Positions 9,286-16,055 of a DNA stretch of 64,000 nucleotides are shown here, one piece after another; the stretch's first letter is position 1, and every line of letters starts with the position of its first letter. The notes under the pieces were generated by a model that was not told the origin of the DNA, searched no databases, and saw nothing but the letters and a program-made list of their open reading frames with translations. A program made the position numbers and the translations under genes. Origin of the DNA: a virus. The stretch lies in UHGV virus genome UHGV-0090440; one strand, written 5' to 3'.

Positions 9286-10113
9286 TTATTTCACCGGAAC
9301 AAACGGAACAGCGGTATTACTGGTCATATACTGCGGTAGCGTTCCGTTCCATTTGTTGATCGCTTCCAACTCCATAACGCCGGGGTTCTGGCGCAGAGCC
9401 TCACCGCGTAAACGAATGGCATCAGCTTCAGCCTGGGCTTTTGTGCGAATGGCATCGGCCTGTCCGGCAGCTTCTGCGCGCAGCATGTTGGCTTCTGCTT
9501 CGCGTTGCTTGACTTCCTGCTCGCGTTGCAGAGTTTTCTGGTTCGCCGTGACTTTGGCATTAATGCTGTCGATAACGGTTGGCGGGTACTCCGGCTTGCC
9601 CACATATGAGAGGCTCATTACCTGAATACCGATGGGCGTCATTTCTTCCTGGATGTCTTTAAGAGCTGCATCCAGTAGTTCAGACTTGCCACCGTCGATA
9701 AATTTGTCGGTGGTCATTTTGCTGGCCAGTCGGTTAAGTGCGTCGGCAATCTTCTGGCGCAGATCGGTGTCGGTAATGTCATCCACGCCTTTGCGGTAGG
9801 TCTGAAATACAGTTGTGACTTTTGCCGGATCAACCTTGTAAGCTACACCAATGTGGTAACCAATTGTTGTCCCGTCGCTCATTTGGAAGCTGAACGGATC
9901 ATCATAGGTCTTCATTTGCTTAAAGGTCGGGAAGATATAAACTTCTGTGTTCCAGCCTGTCCAGTAGCGACCAACGCCAACTACTTCGCCGACACCTTTA
10001 TCATCCCCCAGCTTATTTACTTTGATCCCTACATTGCCTGGTTCTACCCGGTCGCATCCGGTCAGACATAAAGAACCAAAAATAATCGCTGCACTAATCA
10101 ACGTTTTTTTCAT
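9286..10113 (-). CDS. SPFH/band-7 domain lipoprotein
   Basis: 275 aa; signal peptide with lipobox LTGC; SPFH-type core and Ala/Glu-rich coiled-coil tail (EAEANMLRAEAAGQADAIRTKAQAEADAIR). Confidence 0.8.
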   Translation of the reverse strand: MKKTLISAAIIFGSLCLTGCDRVEPGNVGIKVNKLGDDKGVGEVVGVGRYWTGWNTEVYIFPTFKQMKTYDDPFSFQMSDGTTIGYHIGVAYKVDPAKVTTVFQTYRKGVDDITDTDLRQKIADALNRLASKMTTDKFIDGGKSELLDAALKDIQEEMTPIGIQVMSLSYVGKPEYPPTVIDSINAKVTANQKTLQREQEVKQREAEANMLRAEAAGQADAIRTKAQAEADAIRLRGEALRQNPGVMELEAINKWNGTLPQYMTSNTAVPFVPVK

Positions 10114-10330
10114 TAATCAATTTCCTGGTTTTTTCACGAAAAAAGACTACTGCAAAAGCCGGGTAAATGAGCGCGAGAAGGACTCCCAACAATACAAGTA
10201 TTGTGCTGTCAGATGAGATCATATTTGGCAAAAGCCAAACATACAGAACCAGTGACACAATCAAACAGAGGACGGCATAAATATATAGCCGCACCCATAG
10301 CGTTCGACATTTGTTCGGATTGTTCTGCAT
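10094..10330 (-). CDS. small membrane protein
   Basis: 78 aa with two hydrophobic helices; overlaps the start of the SPFH gene (operon partner). Confidence 0.5.
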   Translation of the reverse strand: MQNNPNKCRTLWVRLYIYAVLCLIVSLVLYVWLLPNMISSDSTILVLLGVLLALIYPAFAVVFFREKTRKLINEKNVD

Positions 10331-10370
10331 CCTCTCACTCCATTATTCAACGAATAAAAAAGCTGCGGTG

Positions 10371-10385
10371 CCTGGTGCCTCCAGG
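10371..10385. other. conserved hairpin CCTGG-TGCCT-CCAGG
   Basis: Second copy of the GGTGCCTCC-core hairpin; on the minus strand it is followed after 9 nt by a T6 run and lies about 45 nt upstream of the 78-aa gene start. Confidence 0.4.
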
Positions 10386-10477
10386 TGACGTTAACCAGTT
10401 AACAATTAACGCCGGGATGTTTGATTTAACCACTACGGAGGATTGTTTTAACTGTTCCGCGTGCGCTTAGCCGCATT

Positions 10478-10592
10478 CACCGCAATGGTAAGAGCACTTG
10501 GCTGGCTGGGCGGCGATGACGCCTGTACGCATTTGGTGATCCGGTTCTGCTTCCGGCATTCGCTTAATTAGCCAAATACTCTTAACGTTGCG
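10478..10592 (-). ncRNA. structured element, family member E2
   Basis: Arms CACCGCAATGGTAAGAGCACTTGG / CCAAATACTCTTAACGTTGCG enclosing internal hairpins; begins 2 nt after the 3' end of the Ser-like tRNA candidate. Confidence 0.3.
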
Positions 10593-10593
10593 C

Positions 10594-10680
10594 TGGCGGA
10601 GAGTAATGGAATCGAACCATCATCGCTTGCGCAATGGGACGGTTTTCAAGACCGCTTGAGCACCATGCTCCCTACTCTCC
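10594..10680 (-). tRNA. tRNA-Ser(UGA)-like, atypical; possible pseudogene
   Basis: 87 nt: perfect 7-bp acceptor GGAGAGT/ACTCTCC, T-arm GATGG-TTCGATT-CCATT, anticodon stem-loop GCGGT-CTTGAAA-ACCGT (anticodon TGA), 17-nt variable arm, encoded CCA; but A at position 8 and a short D-loop. Hand-folded only. Confidence 0.4.
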
Positions 10681-10802
10681 AATTGTTGTGGTTACCGGTA
10701 CTGATCTCCGGCTTAGCGACCCCGGCTACTGACTGCATTGCAGTGTGTGAACTCGCCTCGTGTGTCGCTGGGGCATTTCTTTCCGCGCATCAGTCTGCGC
10801 AT

Positions 10803-10882
10803 CAACCACAACGGAAAGAGCATTGGCTAACCAGGCTCGCCGACTCTTCACGATTATCGGCCCAATGCTCTTACCTGTTGTG
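10803..10882 (-). ncRNA. structured element, family member E3
   Basis: Arms CAACCACAACGGAAAGAGCATTGG / CCCAATGCTCTTACCTGTTGTG with a 34-nt insert. Confidence 0.3.
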
Positions 10883-11061
10883 CGCTCCGTTTCGTGGAGC
10901 TAACGGCGGGTGATCGGGCCGCACCAGACTGGACTTATTTCAGCGTTATGCTCATGCCAGAGAATCAAACTGTGATGGTCGGTGCTGAACTCCGACACAG
11001 GGTTGTAGCAAGCCCCGCAAAGCGCGCACTACTGTAGTTGCGGCACATCAGCCTGTGCATT

Positions 11062-11161
11062 CACCACAATGTTGAGAACACTGGTTGTCACGCTGCCTCG
11101 CGACCTTTATTCATAGATTGGGATATGACCCCGTTACGCCAATGTTCTCAACGTTGTAGTG
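11062..11161 (-). ncRNA. structured element, family member E4
   Basis: Arms CACCACAATGTTGAGAACACTGG / CCAATGTTCTCAACGTTGTAGTG; insert contains an AGGCAG-loop hairpin. Confidence 0.3.
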
Positions 11162-11297
11162 CCGGTTACGGTTCCGGCCAGGCTTCTTCCTCAACGGGGT
11201 GTTCTCCATACGGACTACCGTTTATTGGTCGTTCCTGCGGTTTATGTTGTGAAGCCAGATGCTTATCTTCTGGTTGCTTCAAAGAGCTGCACTTCAT

Positions 11298-11384
11298 CAC
11301 AACGGTAAGGGTACTTCGTAGGGATTCGAACCCTCTGCCAAGCTCGGCGATCTCCGACGTCGCAAAATACCCTTACCTGTTGTG
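11298..11384 (-). ncRNA. tRNA-like element E5 (no anticodon arm)
   Basis: 16-bp stem CACAACGGTAAGGGTA/TACCCTTACCTGTTGTG enclosing a D-arm-like hairpin (GCGA-CGTCGGAGA-TCGC) and a T-arm-like hairpin (GAGGG-TTCGAAT-CCCTA); starts 2 nt after the tRNA-Thr 3' end. Confidence 0.35.
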
Positions 11385-11385
11385 T

Positions 11386-11461
11386 TGGTGCCGGTTAACG
11401 GACTCGAACCGCTGACATCCTGCTTACAAGGCAGGCGCTCTACCAACTGAGCTAAACCGGC
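11386..11461 (-). tRNA. tRNA-Thr (anticodon UGU)
   Basis: 76 nt: acceptor GCCGGTT/AACCGGC, D-arm GCTCAGTTGGTAGAGC, anticodon loop CTTGTAA, T-loop TTCGAGT, encoded CCA. Confidence 0.9.
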
Positions 11462-11465
11462 AATT

Positions 11466-11552
11466 TGGTGGGGAGTGATGGAGTCGAACCACCCGAGTCG
11501 CAATGACAGTAGATTTACAGTCTACCCCGCTGCCCCTACGGACTAACTCCCC
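11466..11552 (-). tRNA. tRNA-Tyr (anticodon GUA), type II
   Basis: 87 nt: acceptor GGGGAGT/ACTCCCC, anticodon stem-loop GTAGA-CTGTAAA-TCTAC, long variable arm, T-loop TTCGACT, encoded CCA. Confidence 0.8.
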
Positions 11553-11557
11553 TAAAT

Positions 11558-11632
11558 TGGCGATGGTGGGTGGATTCGAACCACCGACCAGTTGGTTAAC
11601 AGCCAACTGCTCTACCGCTGAGCTACACCATC
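11558..11632 (-). tRNA. tRNA-Asn (anticodon GUU)
   Basis: 75 nt: acceptor GATGGTG/CACCATC, D-arm GCTCAGCGGTAGAGC, anticodon loop CTGTTAA, T-loop TTCGAAT, encoded CCA. Confidence 0.9.
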
Positions 11633-12085
11633 ACTTGCCGGGTACGTCTCCGGCGAGGGCTTCCACCTCCGTATGCTTTTCGGCGCACCGCGCCCTGGCT
11701 GCAATTCGGTAACAGGGGATGCATAACCCTGGCTTCCAGCGTGATTAGCGCCTTCAGCATGACGGGATATACCCGTTGCAAGACATTATCCCAGAAAGCC
11801 ATTAACCAATGGCTGTTACGCGGGAGGGACGTAACAGGTAAGGGCGCTGACCAGAAAGACCTGACCCTTCTCATTCATCTGGTTAATCACACCAGCGCCC
11901 TTGCCTGTTATGCCTCCCCGTTCCCTAATACACAGACGGGGACACTCTGCGGTCGATTTTTTGACGGGGGACGACTCATACCCCGTGGCGTCAGGCTTCT
12001 TAGGCCGCTACCATCATCAGATCATCGTTTGCATTTACTTTAATGGTCGGTTTCTAAACCGCCGCAAAGTCGCTAACCATGACGA

Positions 12086-12116
12086 AAACCCTAAAAAAGC
12101 CCACCCGAAGATGGGC
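12086..12116 (-). terminator. intrinsic terminator (minus strand)
   Basis: Minus strand reads GCCCATC-TTCG-GGTGGGC followed by TTTTTTAGGGTTTTC; upstream of the Asn-Tyr-Thr tRNA cluster. Confidence 0.45.
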
Positions 12117-12140
12117 AAATACGCTACGTATCACACAAGA

Positions 12141-12212
12141 AAGAAGCCGACTGCCTGAACTGGATTCACTTTCAAATGCCCGCTGAAAGGGATCACAAGT
12201 CGGCTTCTTTCT
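12141..12212. repeat. long inverted repeat with nested hairpin
   Basis: Perfect 16-bp arms AAGAAAGAAGCCGACT / AGTCGGCTTCTTTCTT separated by about 40 bp that contain a second hairpin (CTTTCA...TGAAAG). Confidence 0.4.
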
Positions 12213-12342
12213 TGATGCGGCACTCTCTCCGCCCGTCACCGCTCTGTCTCGGTTGTCGCGTTTGCCACGCCAGCCATAACGAGGTTTAAAGTCTTTGCAC
12301 GTTCCCATCACTCGACTGCCGTCTGAGGCTGTTCGTTGCAGC

Positions 12343-12357
12343 GGGGGTGCCTCCCCC
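12343..12357. other. conserved hairpin GGGGG-TGCCT-CCCCC
   Basis: Third copy of the GGTGCCTCC-core hairpin with a different, fully complementary outer stem. Confidence 0.4.
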
Positions 12358-12426
12358 TGGGGATATCCCCGGCCTTACCCCATTCTTTCAAGACACAATG
12401 CAAGGCCACATCCGCATAGGTGCATT

Positions 12427-12488
12427 ACCGCAACATTAAGGAGGCATAGGGCGGTTACCTTTTGCCCTGAGTCTCCTTAATGTTGAAG
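12427..12488 (-). ncRNA. structured element, family member E6
   Basis: Arms ACCGCAACATTAAGGAG / CTCCTTAATGTTGAAG enclosing hairpin AGGGC...GCCCT. Confidence 0.3.
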
Positions 12489-12840
12489 ATGTGCATTGAT
12501 GATTAGATGCAGCATGTACCGTTACTCTCTGCCGGACCATCATCAATGAACACCTTAAAAAGACCTTCCGTGGCTCAACATGGACTGTCGTTTACTCCGC
12601 AAAGTGCTCTCTCTGAAACCACTTTCCGCACTAAACCTGCTGAATTTTGGCCTGCACGGTGCCAAAGCGTGCTCTTGCGTTACCATACTTTTCTAACGCT
12701 TTAATTTGTTAAATGCTGGTGGGCGAACAATAACCAATAAGTGACTATCAAGCCCAGCAAGCGAAACGTGGGTGCCGCCCACCAGCAAGGAAAATTCTAT
12801 GTTAAGTTACCTTCACAATCAATACATTCGAATCGTAATT

Positions 12841-12854
12841 TTAGATTTCTAACA
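12841..12854 (-). promoter_or_regulatory. recurrent 14-bp motif site (TGTTAGAAATCTAA)
   Basis: At the 3' end of the 402-aa gene, oriented toward the tRNA cluster on the minus strand. Confidence 0.4.
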
Positions 12855-12856
12855 CA

Positions 12857-14065
12857 TTATTTCCCGTAAAGATCTTCTACACCCCCATTCTTCTTATCCC
12901 ATTCGTTCGCCCATACCCGGCAAGCGTCAATGATTTCCTGACGACGATCTCCTTGCATGAACGGAATGCTTTCATGGAAACAGCTTGGAATGCAGGCCAC
13001 ACTGAATACAGTATCAAACTCCGTCTGCTTGATTGCCTCCAGCGTCTCCGGACGCATTTTTAATTCATCGATTGGCGCATCCTTAGAGTCCATAATCCGG
13101 CGATATAAGCGCGGAAAATCCGTCTCCAGGTACGCCATAATTTTATCTGCGAGACATTCGTCTATGTCGGTATTCCAGTCCTTTTCGAAGCCCGGCAGGC
13201 GATAGTAAAGCGGCGTTCCCCATACCGATGGGATCACATCCATCGTTAACAGGCGATTGGTTCTGATTTGTTGATGGTAATTAGCCGTCAGCAGTGCTTC
13301 GCCACGCTGCCCAGTTTCCGCAACCAGGCCGTGCGGATACTCATGGATGTAGGCAATGGCATCCCGCCCATCATACATAAGTGGAAATGTCTCTGGTCTT
13401 TGTCCCATGCCACAAGCACGGTTCAGATCGTGACCAAGCTGTGAGCACTCTCGCTTTAATGTTTCGATAATGCTCTGTGCTGTAGCCAACTTTTTACGCA
13501 GTGTGACGCCTTCGCCTTGATAATCAATGCATTGCTGATTGAGCTTGGTTAAACGCTCTTTTAGTTCCCGGCGCTCTCTTTTCAGCGTGCGGTTATCCTT
13601 CTCCGCAACATCCAGCCGCTTTGTCAGGCTGGGCGGATAGTCTTTTTTGTAACGGTTCAAATCGGCTTCGGCAGATTTACGCAGTGTATTTGCCTGTTCA
13701 AGACGCGCTTCCAGATTGCCGATCTCATTACGCATATTCACGGCAAATTGATTAACTGCATCACCCAGGCTTTCAACTGTCGCTGATACGCCTGTGACTT
13801 GTGAAAAACGGATCAAGCCATCATTAACGGCTTGTTGGTATTCCTCAAACTGATCCACCAGCTTATTGTAATCAACTGCCCCATCATCAAGCAGCTTGTT
13901 GATTTCCGCCACCAGGTTATCTGTAGTGGCAATGACACTCTCGTGCAGTCGCTTTGACAGGTCATCACCCGGATTCCGTTTCTGTATAAGAGCGATTTGT
14001 GTGCGCAGCGTTTCAATTGCTGTCGAGATAATTTCCAGATTAGAAGCATCAGTGTGTTGACTCAT
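12857..14065 (-). CDS. hypothetical protein, N-terminal coiled coil with C-terminal globular domain
   Basis: 402 aa; residues 1-220 are heptad-rich and charged, C-terminal 180 aa has conserved-looking Cys/His/Trp; motif copy 25 bp upstream, terminator further upstream. Confidence 0.6.
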   Translation of the reverse strand: MSQHTDASNLEIISTAIETLRTQIALIQKRNPGDDLSKRLHESVIATTDNLVAEINKLLDDGAVDYNKLVDQFEEYQQAVNDGLIRFSQVTGVSATVESLGDAVNQFAVNMRNEIGNLEARLEQANTLRKSAEADLNRYKKDYPPSLTKRLDVAEKDNRTLKRERRELKERLTKLNQQCIDYQGEGVTLRKKLATAQSIIETLKRECSQLGHDLNRACGMGQRPETFPLMYDGRDAIAYIHEYPHGLVAETGQRGEALLTANYHQQIRTNRLLTMDVIPSVWGTPLYYRLPGFEKDWNTDIDECLADKIMAYLETDFPRLYRRIMDSKDAPIDELKMRPETLEAIKQTEFDTVFSVACIPSCFHESIPFMQGDRRQEIIDACRVWANEWDKKNGGVEDLYGK

Positions 14066-14089
14066 TGCTGTTCCCGTTACCTTGTTAAA

Positions 14090-14103
14090 TTAGTTTTCTA
14101 ACA
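14090..14103 (-). promoter_or_regulatory. recurrent 14-bp motif site (TGTTAGAAAACTAA)
   Basis: Identical to the site at 3172-3185; lies between a terminator and the 402-aa gene start. Confidence 0.4.
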
Positions 14104-14144
14104 TATTTTATTAGTTTGATGACGGTAGCGAAAGATGCAATAAA

Positions 14145-14175
14145 CAAAAAACCCGCCAATTGGCGGGTTTTTATG
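14145..14175. terminator. bidirectional intrinsic terminator
   Basis: A-run, ACCCGCCAA/TTGGCGGGT palindrome, T-run (AAAAAACCCGCCAATTGGCGGGTTTTTAT). Confidence 0.6.
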
Positions 14176-14178
14176 CAA

Positions 14179-14493
14179 TTACTGTGTTGCAGCCTGATAA
14201 ATAAGATACGAGATAAATACAGGTACGATGGCCCATTCCAGCAATGAAAGTAGCCTCATTACTGTTATTGGGGTAACTCCATCCACGTATTGTTTCTCTG
14301 ACATTTTCCCTAACCAACTAACCGACAACAGTGCCGAGTTTTCACCCAATTCCAGCTCTCTGAGCGCTTCACGGATTAACGGCGCTGTCACAGCCTTAAC
14401 CGGTGTGCTCAACGTGATACTCCGCGTCCTCCCCGCATCGTCAGCGAACGCCAGACTCACATAATATTTTTTGCTCAATGTACAAACTCCCAA
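14179..14493 (-). CDS. hypothetical protein with C-terminal hydrophobic segment
   Basis: 104-aa ORF ending in a probable transmembrane helix; followed by the terminator. Confidence 0.45.
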   Translation of the reverse strand: MGVCTLSKKYYVSLAFADDAGRTRSITLSTPVKAVTAPLIREALRELELGENSALLSVSWLGKMSEKQYVDGVTPITVMRLLSLLEWAIVPVFISYLIYQAATQ

Positions 14494-14675
14494 TCATCAG
14501 CGCTTGCACTTTCCGGGGTTATGTGAACCTTATCGCCAGTAACAATATTGCGAGCTTCAAAACTTCCATTGATACGTTTCGAGATCTCAATACATAGAGC
14601 CTGCTGCCATGAGCGACGACGAGCAATAGCATTAGTTCCTGCAGGGATAAGTTCTGCCACGTTAAGTAAACGCAA
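14475..14675 (-). CDS. hypothetical small protein
   Basis: 66-aa ORF overlapping the start of the next gene; operon context only. Confidence 0.3.
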   Translation of the reverse strand: MRLLNVAELIPAGTNAIARRRSWQQALCIEISKRINGSFEARNIVTGDKVHITPESASADDWEFVH

Positions 14676-14689
14676 AACGATTTCTCCGT

Positions 14690-14998
14690 TTAATCAAGAC
14701 AAACATACTCCGTGATAGCTTTTATGGCTTCAGCGGCACTGCGCGCCTCAAAGCAGTAGTAACCGGCTTCTGTGAGGCGCGTCATCCAGACGAGTTGTTC
14801 GGGAGTCAGGCGATTTCTCCCATGTTTCATCTCAATGCGCATTCCGTGGTATCCCCCGCAAGCAAGGTCTATAGAAAGATCGGGATATCCCTTCTTTTGG
14901 CCCTCTGCCACCATTTTTATTGCCGTCCTTATGCCTCGCAGGCCACCGTTTGGAGTGGCGTGAGTATGCTCATACACATAACGCATATTGCGATACAT
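14690..14998 (-). CDS. VRR-NUC-type small nuclease (PD-(D/E)xK)
   Basis: 102 aa with the pattern GYPDLSIDLACGGYHGMRIEMKHGRNRLTPEQ (D...E.K), typical of VRR-NUC domains. Confidence 0.55.
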   Translation of the reverse strand: MYRNMRYVYEHTHATPNGGLRGIRTAIKMVAEGQKKGYPDLSIDLACGGYHGMRIEMKHGRNRLTPEQLVWMTRLTEAGYYCFEARSAAEAIKAITEYVCLD

Positions 14999-15131
14999 CC
15001 AGTCCAGGACGCGAACCTGCTCGTAATGCTCATGGTTCCTTTTGATTAGATCTGGGTTTTTCTCCAGTTCTCTAAGAGCTGCGGCATGTGGGGATGTTTC
15101 AGAATATTCACTGCGACGCCTTCTCTTTCGC

Positions 15132-15145
15132 TCTATTTTCTAACA
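15132..15145 (-). promoter_or_regulatory. recurrent 14-bp motif site (TGTTAGAAAATAGA)
   Basis: About 135 bp upstream of the VRR-NUC gene, in transcription orientation. Confidence 0.35.
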
Positions 15146-15327
15146 CACCCATTGATAGTAAATATGCAAAATAATAACAACAACGTTAGGTTTGTAGAAT
15201 AAGAGAGATACTACTCAAGGATCATCTATATGCAACAGGTCGGATGTCCTTTTAAGGTAAAGCGTGACCTTAATCAACAAGGAGGGTAAATCGCATGGCA
15301 TTTACCCAACCTGTTATTTTTAAAGGG

Positions 15328-15582
15328 TTATATTTTATCCTGTTCGGATAATTCTTTGATTGTCTTGTCGATTGCGATCAACCAACCTTCATAGGTTAAA
15401 TCATCAACAAGTTCTACCAACTTATCATCGGTGTGAGGAAAGTATATCCAGCTCCAGTTCGCCGGGTTTTCTGCTTTTCGCAGCGTAAAAACCTTCTTGT
15501 ATCGGTGGAACTCAAGGACATACCCCTTCGATATGGAATATCCCTTTAGGTCTTCGACCGTAAACCTACGATTCTTTCGCAT
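15328..15582 (-). CDS. hypothetical protein
   Basis: 84-aa ORF, 3 bp downstream of the 144-aa ORF. Confidence 0.45.
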   Translation of the reverse strand: MRKNRRFTVEDLKGYSISKGYVLEFHRYKKVFTLRKAENPANWSWIYFPHTDDKLVELVDDLTYEGWLIAIDKTIKELSEQDKI

Positions 15583-15584
15583 GG

Positions 15585-16019
15585 CTACCCCATGATTCGA
15601 TATTTCTCTACAGACTCGTCGTAACTTGTGTACACGTATGGCTCTGTATCATCGGCATAAGGTGCGACTTCCAGAGCATGAACAGGATTGTATACCGCGT
15701 CATTTTCCAGGCGATCGCTCGAATACAGATGCCCAGCCAAAACCGTAAGCGCCGGGCGACTCATTTTGTAGATCTCTGCCACATCACTATCTACAACTTG
15801 TCCAAATGATATGTCGCCGCGCTCCAGCAATAACGTTTTAAGCGCAGGCCACCACGGCCCATAAAGGTGATAAAGCTGTGGATCTCGTTTCAGCCTTTCC
15901 ACCATGCCATTCAGATATGCATCCAGAAATGCCTCTTCACTCCTGCCATTGAGCGCCTGCGGCAAAATGTCCTCAAGGTAGGATTCCGTTGGTTTTACTG
16001 TGTCGATCAATGTTGTCAT
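15585..16019 (-). CDS. hypothetical protein
   Basis: 144-aa acidic ORF immediately downstream of darB. Confidence 0.5.
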   Translation of the reverse strand: MTTLIDTVKPTESYLEDILPQALNGRSEEAFLDAYLNGMVERLKRDPQLYHLYGPWWPALKTLLLERGDISFGQVVDSDVAEIYKMSRPALTVLAGHLYSSDRLENDAVYNPVHALEVAPYADDTEPYVYTSYDESVEKYRIMG

Positions 16020-16055
16020 TTTAATTCGGCCTCTTTCGAGGCCGCTCCATATCTG

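Noticed and set aside
11298-11384. Element E5 as a functional tRNA gene
   Set aside because: Has acceptor-like, D-like and T-like stems but no anticodon arm and is only about 64 nt between stem ends; reported as tRNA-like instead.
10656-12704. Several 60-125 aa ORFs in the tRNA island
   Set aside because: They overlap tRNA genes and the conserved hairpin elements, lack RBS and operon context, and have odd composition; treated as non-coding.
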